The translations under genes were made by a program, and so were the position numbers. The notes under the pieces were generated by a model. The model made no database searches. It was not told where the DNA came from and saw only the letters and a program-made list of their open reading frames with translations. This document shows positions 1 to 7,096 of a DNA stretch of 20,000 nucleotides, in pieces. Within the stretch, counting starts at the first letter, position 1. Each line of letters starts with the position of its first letter. This DNA comes from an uncultured virus (IMG/VR IMGVR_UViG_3300042398_000686) (taxonomy: Duplodnaviria; Heunggongvirae; Uroviricota; Caudoviricetes), in IMG/VR virus record IMGVR_UViG_3300042398_000686, positions 51,695 through 71,694 of that record. One strand, given 5' to 3'.

Positions 1-117
1 TCCATTTCGTCTATAAAAACGTTGGTCTAACACGTTAATTTGTTTATTATCTGCGCTATACTCAACGATTCTTTTTATTTTAACGTCTTTTATGACGTTG
101 GCATTTCTGTCGATCAT
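1..117 (-). CDS. 5' end (partial) of a probable PD-(D/E)XK-family exonuclease
   Basis: Not in the ORF track. Manual translation from ATG at 117 gives MIDRNANVIKDVKIKRIVEYSADNKQINVLDQRFYRRNG, open to the window edge, with an ATGA overlap on the primase stop. 'RFY..NG' resembles the segment before YPSVT in phage PD-(D/E)XK nucleases, but the catalytic motifs lie outside the window. Confidence 0.5.
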   Translation of the reverse strand, partial: MIDRNANVIKDVKIKRIVEYSADNKQINVLDQRFYRRNG

Positions 118-1073
118 ATCAATTCTATTTTTTTATTTATAAGTGTTGAAAAATTAAGAGGCTGGGTTTGTTCAATGGTATTTAGGAAATTTTCAAATCC
201 TATTTCATTAGCATCTTTACCTCCTAGTTCAACTAGATATACTTCCTTACCATAAGAAAGTAGTGTTTCACAATGTTTGATGGCTTGTTTTAAAGCATCA
301 TTATCTAGAGCAATATATATTTTTTGTACTTGAGAACCAACTATTTTCTTCATTAATGTTTCAGAAATATCTTTACCAAATAATGGTATAACATTTCGTT
401 TAATGGTTAAAGCATCAAATATACCTTCAACTAAAATCAAAGGAACATCCCAGTTAATATAATATTCCCAACCAATAATATTTCTTCCTACAGATGGATT
501 TTTGTATTTTTGAGATTCATCATCACGATAAGTTCGAGTGCTAAAATAATTTAAATCACCATTAGCATCATGAGAAGGTACTACAATGCGATGATCATAT
601 GGACCACTAGGGCAAAAACCAATATTATATTTTAAAATGTCGTTTTCGGTAATTCCTCGCTTTTTTAAAAATTTAATAGCGTGTTTAGCTTCAATAGCCG
701 TTATAGTATCTAAAGAATCAACATTATATAAAGAAATAAATTCTTTAGGTAGAGAAACCGTTTGGTTAACTTCTACCATTTTACTACCCGGTTTAATTAA
801 ATTATTTAATTCTTGAATTCGGTGAGAAGGTGCCTTTACTTTTTTAAATAATGAAATAAGTGTCTTACCTTTTTCACCACATACCCAACAATGCCAAGGA
901 TTTTCCTTTTTTTCATTGGTGTGAAGTTGAATTTCTAATTTAGGTTTAGAGTGATGGCAAAATGGACATGGGACGGCAATATTACGACGTGCCGTAGATT
1001 TACTCCTTCCTAATACCGATTCTATTACCGTTAGAACCATTTTTTCTCTTATTCCCTCTTCTTTTATTTCCAT
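114..1073 (-). CDS. DNA primase (DnaG-type, zinc-binding domain plus TOPRIM)
   Basis: N-terminal CPFCHH...WHCWVC zinc-binding domain; FLKKRGI, RIVVP and KYKNP segments; TOPRIM motifs LVEGIFD, ALDND and GKDANE. Confidence 0.93.
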   Translation of the reverse strand: MEIKEEGIREKMVLTVIESVLGRSKSTARRNIAVPCPFCHHSKPKLEIQLHTNEKKENPWHCWVCGEKGKTLISLFKKVKAPSHRIQELNNLIKPGSKMVEVNQTVSLPKEFISLYNVDSLDTITAIEAKHAIKFLKKRGITENDILKYNIGFCPSGPYDHRIVVPSHDANGDLNYFSTRTYRDDESQKYKNPSVGRNIIGWEYYINWDVPLILVEGIFDALTIKRNVIPLFGKDISETLMKKIVGSQVQKIYIALDNDALKQAIKHCETLLSYGKEVYLVELGGKDANEIGFENFLNTIEQTQPLNFSTLINKKIELI

Positions 1074-1100
1074 TTTTTTATGTTTTCAAACCCTGTAGGG

Positions 1101-1132
1101 CGAAGGTAATAAAGATTTCTGGGTTTTCCAAG
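1101..1132 (-). promoter_or_regulatory. Putative host-RNAP (Bacteroidota-type -33/-7) promoter for the primase
   Basis: Minus strand reads CTTG-N20-TACCTTCG, matching the Bacteroidota primary-sigma consensus TTTG-N19-21-TAnnTTTG with one mismatch per box. It lies in the 64-bp, relatively GC-rich gap upstream of the primase ATG. Confidence 0.55.
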
Positions 1133-1137
1133 CGGGT

Positions 1138-1569
1138 TTAAATTAAGTCTTTGCGGAAGAATTTACCTAATATATTGTCATTATATGAATTATAATTAAG
1201 TAAGCATTCATTTATGCACTGATAATGTAATTCGTAATATGTTAATTCTTTTTTATCTTTACAAAGTTTTAGAATAATACATTCAAACATTTCAGTTCCT
1301 AATTCTTTAACATCTTGTTGTAATTCTTTAGATGAACCCCAATAAGATCTCCAGTCACTTTCCTTAATTACTTGCTTTGTAGTCGATTTTCTTCCTCGAG
1401 TCACGGGAAGTGCTGCTAATTCTTTTTTCCCCAATTTAACATTGGAAGTATGGTAGAAATATTTCTTACCAATATAGAATTTACTGTTAGTAAGATTTGT
1501 AATTTTATATACAAATCCAAAGTAGTCTTGAGGATCAAATTCCTCCGAGTGTAACCATTTATTTTCCAT
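1138..1569 (-). CDS. Stand-alone GIY-YIG family endonuclease
   Basis: GFVYKITN...FYIGKK (GIY-YIG variant), ESDWRSYWGSS, a conserved Glu in YYE and a C-terminal YN. No C-terminal DNA-binding repeats. Confidence 0.8.
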   Translation of the reverse strand: MENKWLHSEEFDPQDYFGFVYKITNLTNSKFYIGKKYFYHTSNVKLGKKELAALPVTRGRKSTTKQVIKESDWRSYWGSSKELQQDVKELGTEMFECIILKLCKDKKELTYYELHYQCINECLLNYNSYNDNILGKFFRKDLI

Positions 1570-1583
1570 AACGTTAATTTATT

Positions 1584-1934
1584 TTATTTATCGTATTTTA
1601 TGACAAAAGTCATATCTGTATTTTGTGATATAGGTAATGCTTGAGATAATTTAGCAACAGCTAATAAGTCGTTTTGTTCATTATATAATCCTATAGTTGT
1701 AACATAAGGTTCAAAATATGAAGATGTTGCAAAATATTTTAATTCAGGTAAAGGTGTATTTAATGATTGTGATATAAAAGTACTTCCTGTAAATAAATTA
1801 TTTTGTAATAATGTTGGGTTATATGAAGCATTAAATTCATTATCCTTAACATGACATATTACGTTTTGCTCATAGATTATCACTTCGTTTTGAAACGAAA
1901 TGTTAAAACTTGGTGGCGGTGGAGAATATCCCAT
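1584..1934 (-). CDS. Virion structural protein; C-terminal-half paralog of the 340-aa protein
   Basis: HVKDNEFNASYNPT and YVTTIGLYNEQNDLLAVAKLSQAL align directly with RVKNQDFNYTTNPS and YITTVGMYNDQNELLAVAKLSRPL of 5363..6385. Confidence 0.8.
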   Translation of the reverse strand: MGYSPPPPSFNISFQNEVIIYEQNVICHVKDNEFNASYNPTLLQNNLFTGSTFISQSLNTPLPELKYFATSSYFEPYVTTIGLYNEQNDLLAVAKLSQALPISQNTDMTFVIKYDK

Positions 1935-1957
1935 ATTATTATTTTATTATAATTATA

Positions 1958-2698
1958 TTAACAAATAGTAGAATTTAAAATAAGTCCTGAAGTGCCTATT
2001 TGGATTACACCTACTATGGGTCCAATTCCTAGATATGATAATGCAACCCATCTGTCAAATCCATTAACAGGTATTGTAAGAGCTGCATCTCCATATACAT
2101 AATTTCCAGGTGCTATACCTCCCACTGAATTAACATAATAGGCAGCGTATGCAAATGCTGGATATGCATTACAAGCTAAATAAGCTTGAGTATAAGCTCC
2201 AGAAGGAGTACCTATATACAACAAACTAGATGCGGGTGGTGTAACTGATGGTGTTCTGCTAATTGATATAGAAGGAGTTGGTGTTAATGAAATAAGAGGT
2301 GTTTCACTTGGGGTAACACTTGGGGTAACACTTGGTGTATTACTAGGTGGTGGTGTTACACTAGGTGTTACACTAATAGTTGGACTAGGAGTTACAGTTC
2401 TAGTTGGTGTTACAGTAACAGTTGGTGTTATACTAGGTGTTATACTAATCGATGGTGTAATAGATATAGATGGCGTTGGAAACGGTACTATATCTTGTGT
2501 AGCACAACCAAATGACATATTAACTACAACAATAGACGATGAAGTAAACCCACTAGGAAGAGTAATAAAATATCCTCCATCCAATTGAGCTTGAGTTACT
2601 CCTGAAGCATATAATTGCAATCCTGAAGTTCCTGATAAGTAAATATCAAATGGTCCAGGTGAATTTCCTTCTTGATAGTATATTTGAAAATCTGGCAT
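1958..2698 (-). CDS. Putative virion surface/fibre protein: small N-terminal beta domain, TPS mucin-like linker, Cys-bracketed C-terminal domain
   Basis: About 85 aa of TPS(I/V) repeats between two globular segments. The C-terminal domain has a Cys near its start and a terminal Cys. Located in the tail gene cluster. Confidence 0.7.
   Translation of the reverse strand: MPDFQIYYQEGNSPGPFDIYLSGTSGLQLYASGVTQAQLDGGYFITLPSGFTSSSIVVVNMSFGCATQDIVPFPTPSISITPSISITPSITPTVTVTPTRTVTPSPTISVTPSVTPPPSNTPSVTPSVTPSETPLISLTPTPSISISRTPSVTPPASSLLYIGTPSGAYTQAYLACNAYPAFAYAAYYVNSVGGIAPGNYVYGDAALTIPVNGFDRWVALSYLGIGPIVGVIQIGTSGLILNSTIC
2230..2480 (-). repeat. Coding TPS repeat tract of the 246-aa protein
   Basis: [32 protein letters not shown]..., the same unit type as in the 871-aa protein. 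Confidence 0.9.
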
Positions 2699-2721
2699 AA
2701 ATTATTTTATATTAAATATTT

Positions 2722-5337
2722 TTAAAAACATGTGAACGGTAATTGTCCCTCATAGTTTATTATTGTTGATGTAAAATTTACTGAATACTCATCATATACA
2801 TCAAATCCAAAAAATGGGTCATAATATTGATATTGGTACCAAAATTCTGCTAAAGAATACATTAATGTAAATGTAACGGCACCATCATCAGTAGCATAAT
2901 AATAACCGTCACTACCTAACCATATACCATAAGCAGGACCACAAGGTGTACCAGGAGTCCAATCATTAGCATAGAATGTATATGATATACCTGATACTGA
3001 TGGTGTTATACTTGGTGTAATTGATGGTGTTTTACTAATACTAATTGAAGGCGTTACACTTGGTGTTTTACTAATACTAATTGAAGGCGTTACACTTGGT
3101 GTTTTACTAACCGATATTGATGGTGTTACACTTGGAGTAGCACTAGGTGTTCTACTTACACTAATAGATGGCGTTATACTAATCGATGGTGTTATACTTG
3201 GAGTAACACTAGGTGTTCTACTTACACTAATACTTGGAGTAGTAGATGGTGATGGTGGAGCAGGGCATGGATTAAATGCTGTACATGCATTACAATCTTC
3301 AAACCCTAAATCACCACTCCACGTTATAGTTGCAACTGGTTCAATATTACTGTTTATAAAGAAACATTCATCTGTTGTTGATGTTACTACTGTTCCTATA
3401 AATGCCGCTGGTATTACCATTCCTTCTTTTCTAGAATCACAACAACTTATTGCTTGGCGAATAACTGATGGTGATGAAGTAGAAGGTGTTCTACTTGGTG
3501 TTACACTAGGTGTTTTACTAACCGATATTGATGGTGTTATACTTGGTGTAACACTAATCGATATACTTGGTGTTATGCTAGGAGTAACAGATGGTGTAGC
3601 ACTAATCGAAATCGATGGTGTTATCGAAATTGAAGGCGTTACACTTGGTGTAACACTAGGTGTTTTGCTTATACTAATCGATGGTGTAATACTAATAGAT
3701 GGTGTAATACTAATCGATGGTGTACTTGATATATTAGGCGTTACACTTGGAGTATTAGAAATAGAAATACTAGGAGTAACAGATGGTGTTGCGCTAATCG
3801 ATATACTAGGTGTAATTGAAATCGATGGCGTTATACTAGGAGTAACACTTATAGAAATTGATGGTGTAACAGATGGTGTTGCACTTATACTAATACTAGG
3901 CGTAATACTAGGAGTAGCAGATGGTGTAACAGATGGTGTTGCACTTATCGAAATTGAAGGTGTTATACTAATAGACGGTGTTATACTCGGCGTTATACTT
4001 GGTGTAGCGCTTATCGAAATTGATGGTGTTACACTTGGAGTAGCACTTATCGAAATCGAAGGTGTAATCGATGGTGTTGTACTAGGAGTAGCACTAATCG
4101 AAATCGATGGCGTTATCGAAATTGAAGGCGTTACACTTGGAGTTACACTTGGTGTAGCACTTATTGAAATTGATGGTGTTACACTAGGTGTTGCACTAAT
4201 TGAAATCGAAGGCGTTATTGATGGTGTTATACTAGGTGTTCTACTTGGTGTTACTGATGGTGTTCTACTAACACTTATACTTGGTGTAGGACTTACTGAC
4301 GGTGTAGCCGATGGAGTTCTACTAACAGATATAGTTGGTGTTGTTGTTGGTGTAACAGTTGGAGTAACAGATATAGTTGGTGTTGGTGTTACAGATGGTG
4401 CTGGTGGTGAAATTTCTATAATACCTATTTCAAATTCACATTCTGGATCTGTTACATTTACTGTTATACTTCCTGTACCACTACGTAAAGGAGCACAATA
4501 AGAACCAGTAACTAAAAATGTATAAAAAGTTTGATATGTCCCTACTCCTAAACCAGAGAAAGACATAGATACAGTGTTACTAGAACCTGTACTAAAGAAT
4601 GATATATCCCCTCCAAATAAAGTAATAGATTGATTTACTAATGTATTACCCCTTAAATCATCATTTATTAAAGGATTAAATGAGAATGTTGCTGGGTTAG
4701 GGTAGTCACTTCGTATAATTGTGTAATTATCATCGTACGCTACTGGAGGTAATACAAATAATGTTTGAAAATCTTGACTAGTAATTACTACTGTACCTTG
4801 TTCATAAAAAATATTACCTACGTGAGCTGGTGGATTACTATTAAAGTTATCATAAACATTACCCTTACCATCATCATAAAAATTATACTGAGATGATGAC
4901 ATTTGGAAAGTATAAGGTAATAATCTACTTCCGTAAGCTTTAGGTGATATTTGTATTACCTTTATTTCCTCATTTGCTCCTGTTGGGAAATTAGAAATAA
5001 AAGCAGGGTCATTGTTATAGTTAAAATATGAAGCAGTAGGGTGACTACTGCTAGCTGATTCATAATATAATGATGATGCTAATGAAGATGTATTTAAACT
5101 ACCTGAAAAGTCATGGTAAAATAATTGGTTAATCTGTCTATACGTTAACCTATCATAATGTCCATTAGTTATCCAATCCTCATTAGGATTAAATAGATCT
5201 GTTGAATTTATACCATTATAATACGAAACATAAGGGTCATTAGTTGGAACCGGACAATAATTAAAGTTCCAACTTTTATTTGCTACAACAGGTACTGTTA
5301 TAACATCCGAAGATTTTAACTTTTTGAATGAACCCAT
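2722..5337 (-). CDS. Multidomain virion fibre/baseplate protein: N-terminal anchor domain, Ig/cadherin-like domain, long TPS repeats, Cys-rich modules
   Basis: The N-terminal ~195 aa resemble the N-terminal part of the 340-aa protein. PPVAYDDNYT...NPLINDD...TFYT...GSITVNV resembles Big_9/cadherin-like Ig domains. About 400 aa of S/T/P/I/V repeats fall in two tracts separated by a 6-Cys module. Confidence 0.75.
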   Translation of the reverse strand: MGSFKKLKSSDVITVPVVANKSWNFNYCPVPTNDPYVSYYNGINSTDLFNPNEDWITNGHYDRLTYRQINQLFYHDFSGSLNTSSLASSLYYESASSSHPTASYFNYNNDPAFISNFPTGANEEIKVIQISPKAYGSRLLPYTFQMSSSQYNFYDDGKGNVYDNFNSNPPAHVGNIFYEQGTVVITSQDFQTLFVLPPVAYDDNYTIIRSDYPNPATFSFNPLINDDLRGNTLVNQSITLFGGDISFFSTGSSNTVSMSFSGLGVGTYQTFYTFLVTGSYCAPLRSGTGSITVNVTDPECEFEIGIIEISPPAPSVTPTPTISVTPTVTPTTTPTISVSRTPSATPSVSPTPSISVSRTPSVTPSRTPSITPSITPSISISATPSVTPSISISATPSVTPSVTPSISITPSISISATPSTTPSITPSISISATPSVTPSISISATPSITPSITPSISITPSISISATPSVTPSATPSITPSISISATPSVTPSISISVTPSITPSISITPSISISATPSVTPSISISNTPSVTPNISSTPSISITPSISITPSISISKTPSVTPSVTPSISITPSISISATPSVTPSITPSISISVTPSITPSISVSKTPSVTPSRTPSTSSPSVIRQAISCCDSRKEGMVIPAAFIGTVVTSTTDECFFINSNIEPVATITWSGDLGFEDCNACTAFNPCPAPPSPSTTPSISVSRTPSVTPSITPSISITPSISVSRTPSATPSVTPSISVSKTPSVTPSISISKTPSVTPSISISKTPSITPSITPSVSGISYTFYANDWTPGTPCGPAYGIWLGSDGYYYATDDGAVTFTLMYSLAEFWYQYQYYDPFFGFDVYDEYSVNFTSTIINYEGQLPFTCF
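2995..4405 (-). repeat. Coding low-complexity repeat (TPS[IV] and TPSISIS units) in two tracts, about 3466-4405 and 2995-3260
   Basis: Degenerate 12/18/24-bp units. Includes a perfect 36-bp tandem repeat (3025-3110, about 2.4 copies) and a 53-bp duplicate with one mismatch (3596-3648 and 4088-4140). Confidence 0.95.
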
Positions 5338-5362
5338 TTATTAACATTTGTTATTGATTAAA

Positions 5363-6385
5363 TTAGTAATCTAATTTTACTTGAATTAATGCTTCTTTTG
5401 TAAAATCTTTTACCAATGGTCTACTTAATTTAGCAACAGCTAATAACTCATTCTGATCATTATACATACCTACAGTAGTAATGTATGTTTGAGGATTGTT
5501 AATTAATGTAGTATATATTAAATTACCATTAGCATCAATAATAGATGGGTTAGTAGTGTAATTAAAGTCTTGATTTTTAACTCTAGTAAAGAACAAATGA
5601 GAAGAGACATTCTCCTCAGATTGTAAAGCAAAATAAGAACTCCCAGACATTATCTGATATATTCCTGTTTGAATATTGTTATTAGTTCCAGGTGCATTTA
5701 CTGTAGGATTATAAGATATACCTCCATCTACAATAGATTTACTTAAAGCTGTAGGATTTAAAATAATAATATCACTATCTGGGTATAAGTAACCATACAC
5801 AGAAGCATTAGTAGCTGCTGTAGCTGCCGTACCTGCACTACCTGAAATTAAAGTATAATATAAAGTACCTGCTGTTGTATAATTTGTTGTACTAGATATT
5901 TGACTATTATCTGTTAAAGAAATTTCATTAAATCCATTTTTCAATTTTAATGTCATTGAACCTGGTTGAATGTGTTCTTTATATCTATTTCTAGCAACAT
6001 TTATGATGTAAATACCATTTGGGTTGTCATTATTAAACTCAAAACTACCACTTTCAGTCCCTAATAATAATGTCCTATATTGACCATATACAACTCTAGA
6101 AGTTGTAAGTGATGAACCATCCGGTAAGACAGTTGTAACTCCGTTATTTATATAACTAGAACCACTTCCATATTTGTTACCATATTGAATAGCTAATTGA
6201 ACTGACTCCGTAGTAGAAGTTAAAGCTCCTGGATAATTGGAGTAGACATTTAAGTAAAAAGGACTTGTAATAGCACTAGAAGTGTAAAATGTAGATAATA
6301 CATTTTCATCACCACTCCACATTGGTCTTACAATAGCCTCAGTACTTACTACAGAATCTTCTGGTGTGTATCTTACGAATGACAT
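5363..6385 (-). CDS. Virion structural (baseplate/tail-fibre attachment) protein
   Basis: S/T/G/N-rich, beta-type composition. The C-terminal TTVGMYNDQNELLAVAKLSRP motif is reminiscent of the EIGLFD..G.LIAVA end of tail-collar fibre (DUF3751) domains. Located in the baseplate cluster. Confidence 0.7.
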   Translation of the reverse strand: MSFVRYTPEDSVVSTEAIVRPMWSGDENVLSTFYTSSAITSPFYLNVYSNYPGALTSTTESVQLAIQYGNKYGSGSSYINNGVTTVLPDGSSLTTSRVVYGQYRTLLLGTESGSFEFNNDNPNGIYIINVARNRYKEHIQPGSMTLKLKNGFNEISLTDNSQISSTTNYTTAGTLYYTLISGSAGTAATAATNASVYGYLYPDSDIIILNPTALSKSIVDGGISYNPTVNAPGTNNNIQTGIYQIMSGSSYFALQSEENVSSHLFFTRVKNQDFNYTTNPSIIDANGNLIYTTLINNPQTYITTVGMYNDQNELLAVAKLSRPLVKDFTKEALIQVKLDY

Positions 6386-6391
6386 ATATTA

Positions 6392-7054
6392 TTATGAGTT
6401 TGATTTAGTTATTGTTAATGGTATTGTTATTCTAGCTCCACTATCTCTACCTAATACTGTAATTGTAGTTGTGATTTGATTTAAACCAGAACCAAATAAT
6501 GTATTAATAGTAGTACCAGTTAATGTAAACGAAGTACCTATAATAGTTTGACTTAATTGTGAACCTACTGTTGATGTAATACCTGTTGGTGTAGTTTCAG
6601 AACCAGCAACACCCGTTGCTGAGAATGTAGATAAGAATCTAACATCCGCAATTGTAACAGCGTACCCGTTAGCTTCAAATGTACTAGTAGCACCTAAGTA
6701 ATTCAATGTTTGAGGAGTAATTGTTAAAGTAGCTCCTTGTTTCAATGATATACTGTTATAACCAACATTAATAACAGGTAATTTAGATGTACCTCTAGGT
6801 AAAGTTGCTAATTTGTAAATCATTATCTGCGTATCATCAGGAAATGCTTCCATTACAGGCATAGCTTCAATAGCTTGTCCATAAAAAGCTGATCCTGAAG
6901 GGTGTTGTGGATTGTATAATGTATAATCTACTTCGTCGTCTGCCAAAGAGAATTGAGTGATTCTAAATGAACCATCATTTCTAGCTAATAATTCTCTTCC
7001 TTTAGCTGTTAAAATAGCATCTACGGTTACTGTATTATTGTTTAATATAGCCAT
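6392..7054 (-). CDS. Virion structural protein (baseplate/tail associated)
   Basis: N-terminal ILTAKGRELLA...ITQFSLADD is reminiscent of the start of tail-collar fibre domains. Thr-rich beta-type C-terminus. Preceded by the ATATTTATA motif. Confidence 0.65.
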   Translation of the reverse strand: MAILNNNTVTVDAILTAKGRELLARNDGSFRITQFSLADDEVDYTLYNPQHPSGSAFYGQAIEAMPVMEAFPDDTQIMIYKLATLPRGTSKLPVINVGYNSISLKQGATLTITPQTLNYLGATSTFEANGYAVTIADVRFLSTFSATGVAGSETTPTGITSTVGSQLSQTIIGTSFTLTGTTINTLFGSGLNQITTTITVLGRDSGARITIPLTITKSNS

Positions 7055-7070
7055 TATTAATTAATTTGTT

Positions 7071-7079
7071 TATAAATAT
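7071..7079 (-). promoter_or_regulatory. Putative late promoter motif ATATTTATA
   Basis: Intergenic, 16 nt upstream of the ATG at 7054. The same 9-mer occurs before the ATGs at 13454 and 18955. Confidence 0.6.
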
Positions 7080-7096
7080 TATATATTTTAATTTTT

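Noticed and set aside
40..255. 71-aa plus-strand ORF
   Set aside because: Antisense to the primase and the downstream nuclease gene; no recognisable features.
2995..4405. Possible CRISPR array or DGR template/variable repeat
   Set aside because: The repeats are in-frame coding units with synonymous variation. There are no constant repeats with unique spacers, no adenine-specific mismatch pattern, and no cas or reverse transcriptase gene in the window.
3575..4501. 308-aa plus-strand ORF of GV(T/I)(L/D) repeats
   Set aside because: Antisense shadow of the TPS repeat. The restricted codon set of the repeat avoids stops on the opposite strand, the ORF is nearly coextensive with the repeat, and all real genes are on the minus strand.
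1935..4760. Intron, intein or ribosomal bypass rejoining the split paralog
   Set aside because: The intervening DNA is fully occupied by plausible structural ORFs, I saw no group I/II intron or intein motifs, and the 116-aa half has its own ATG and AT-rich leader.
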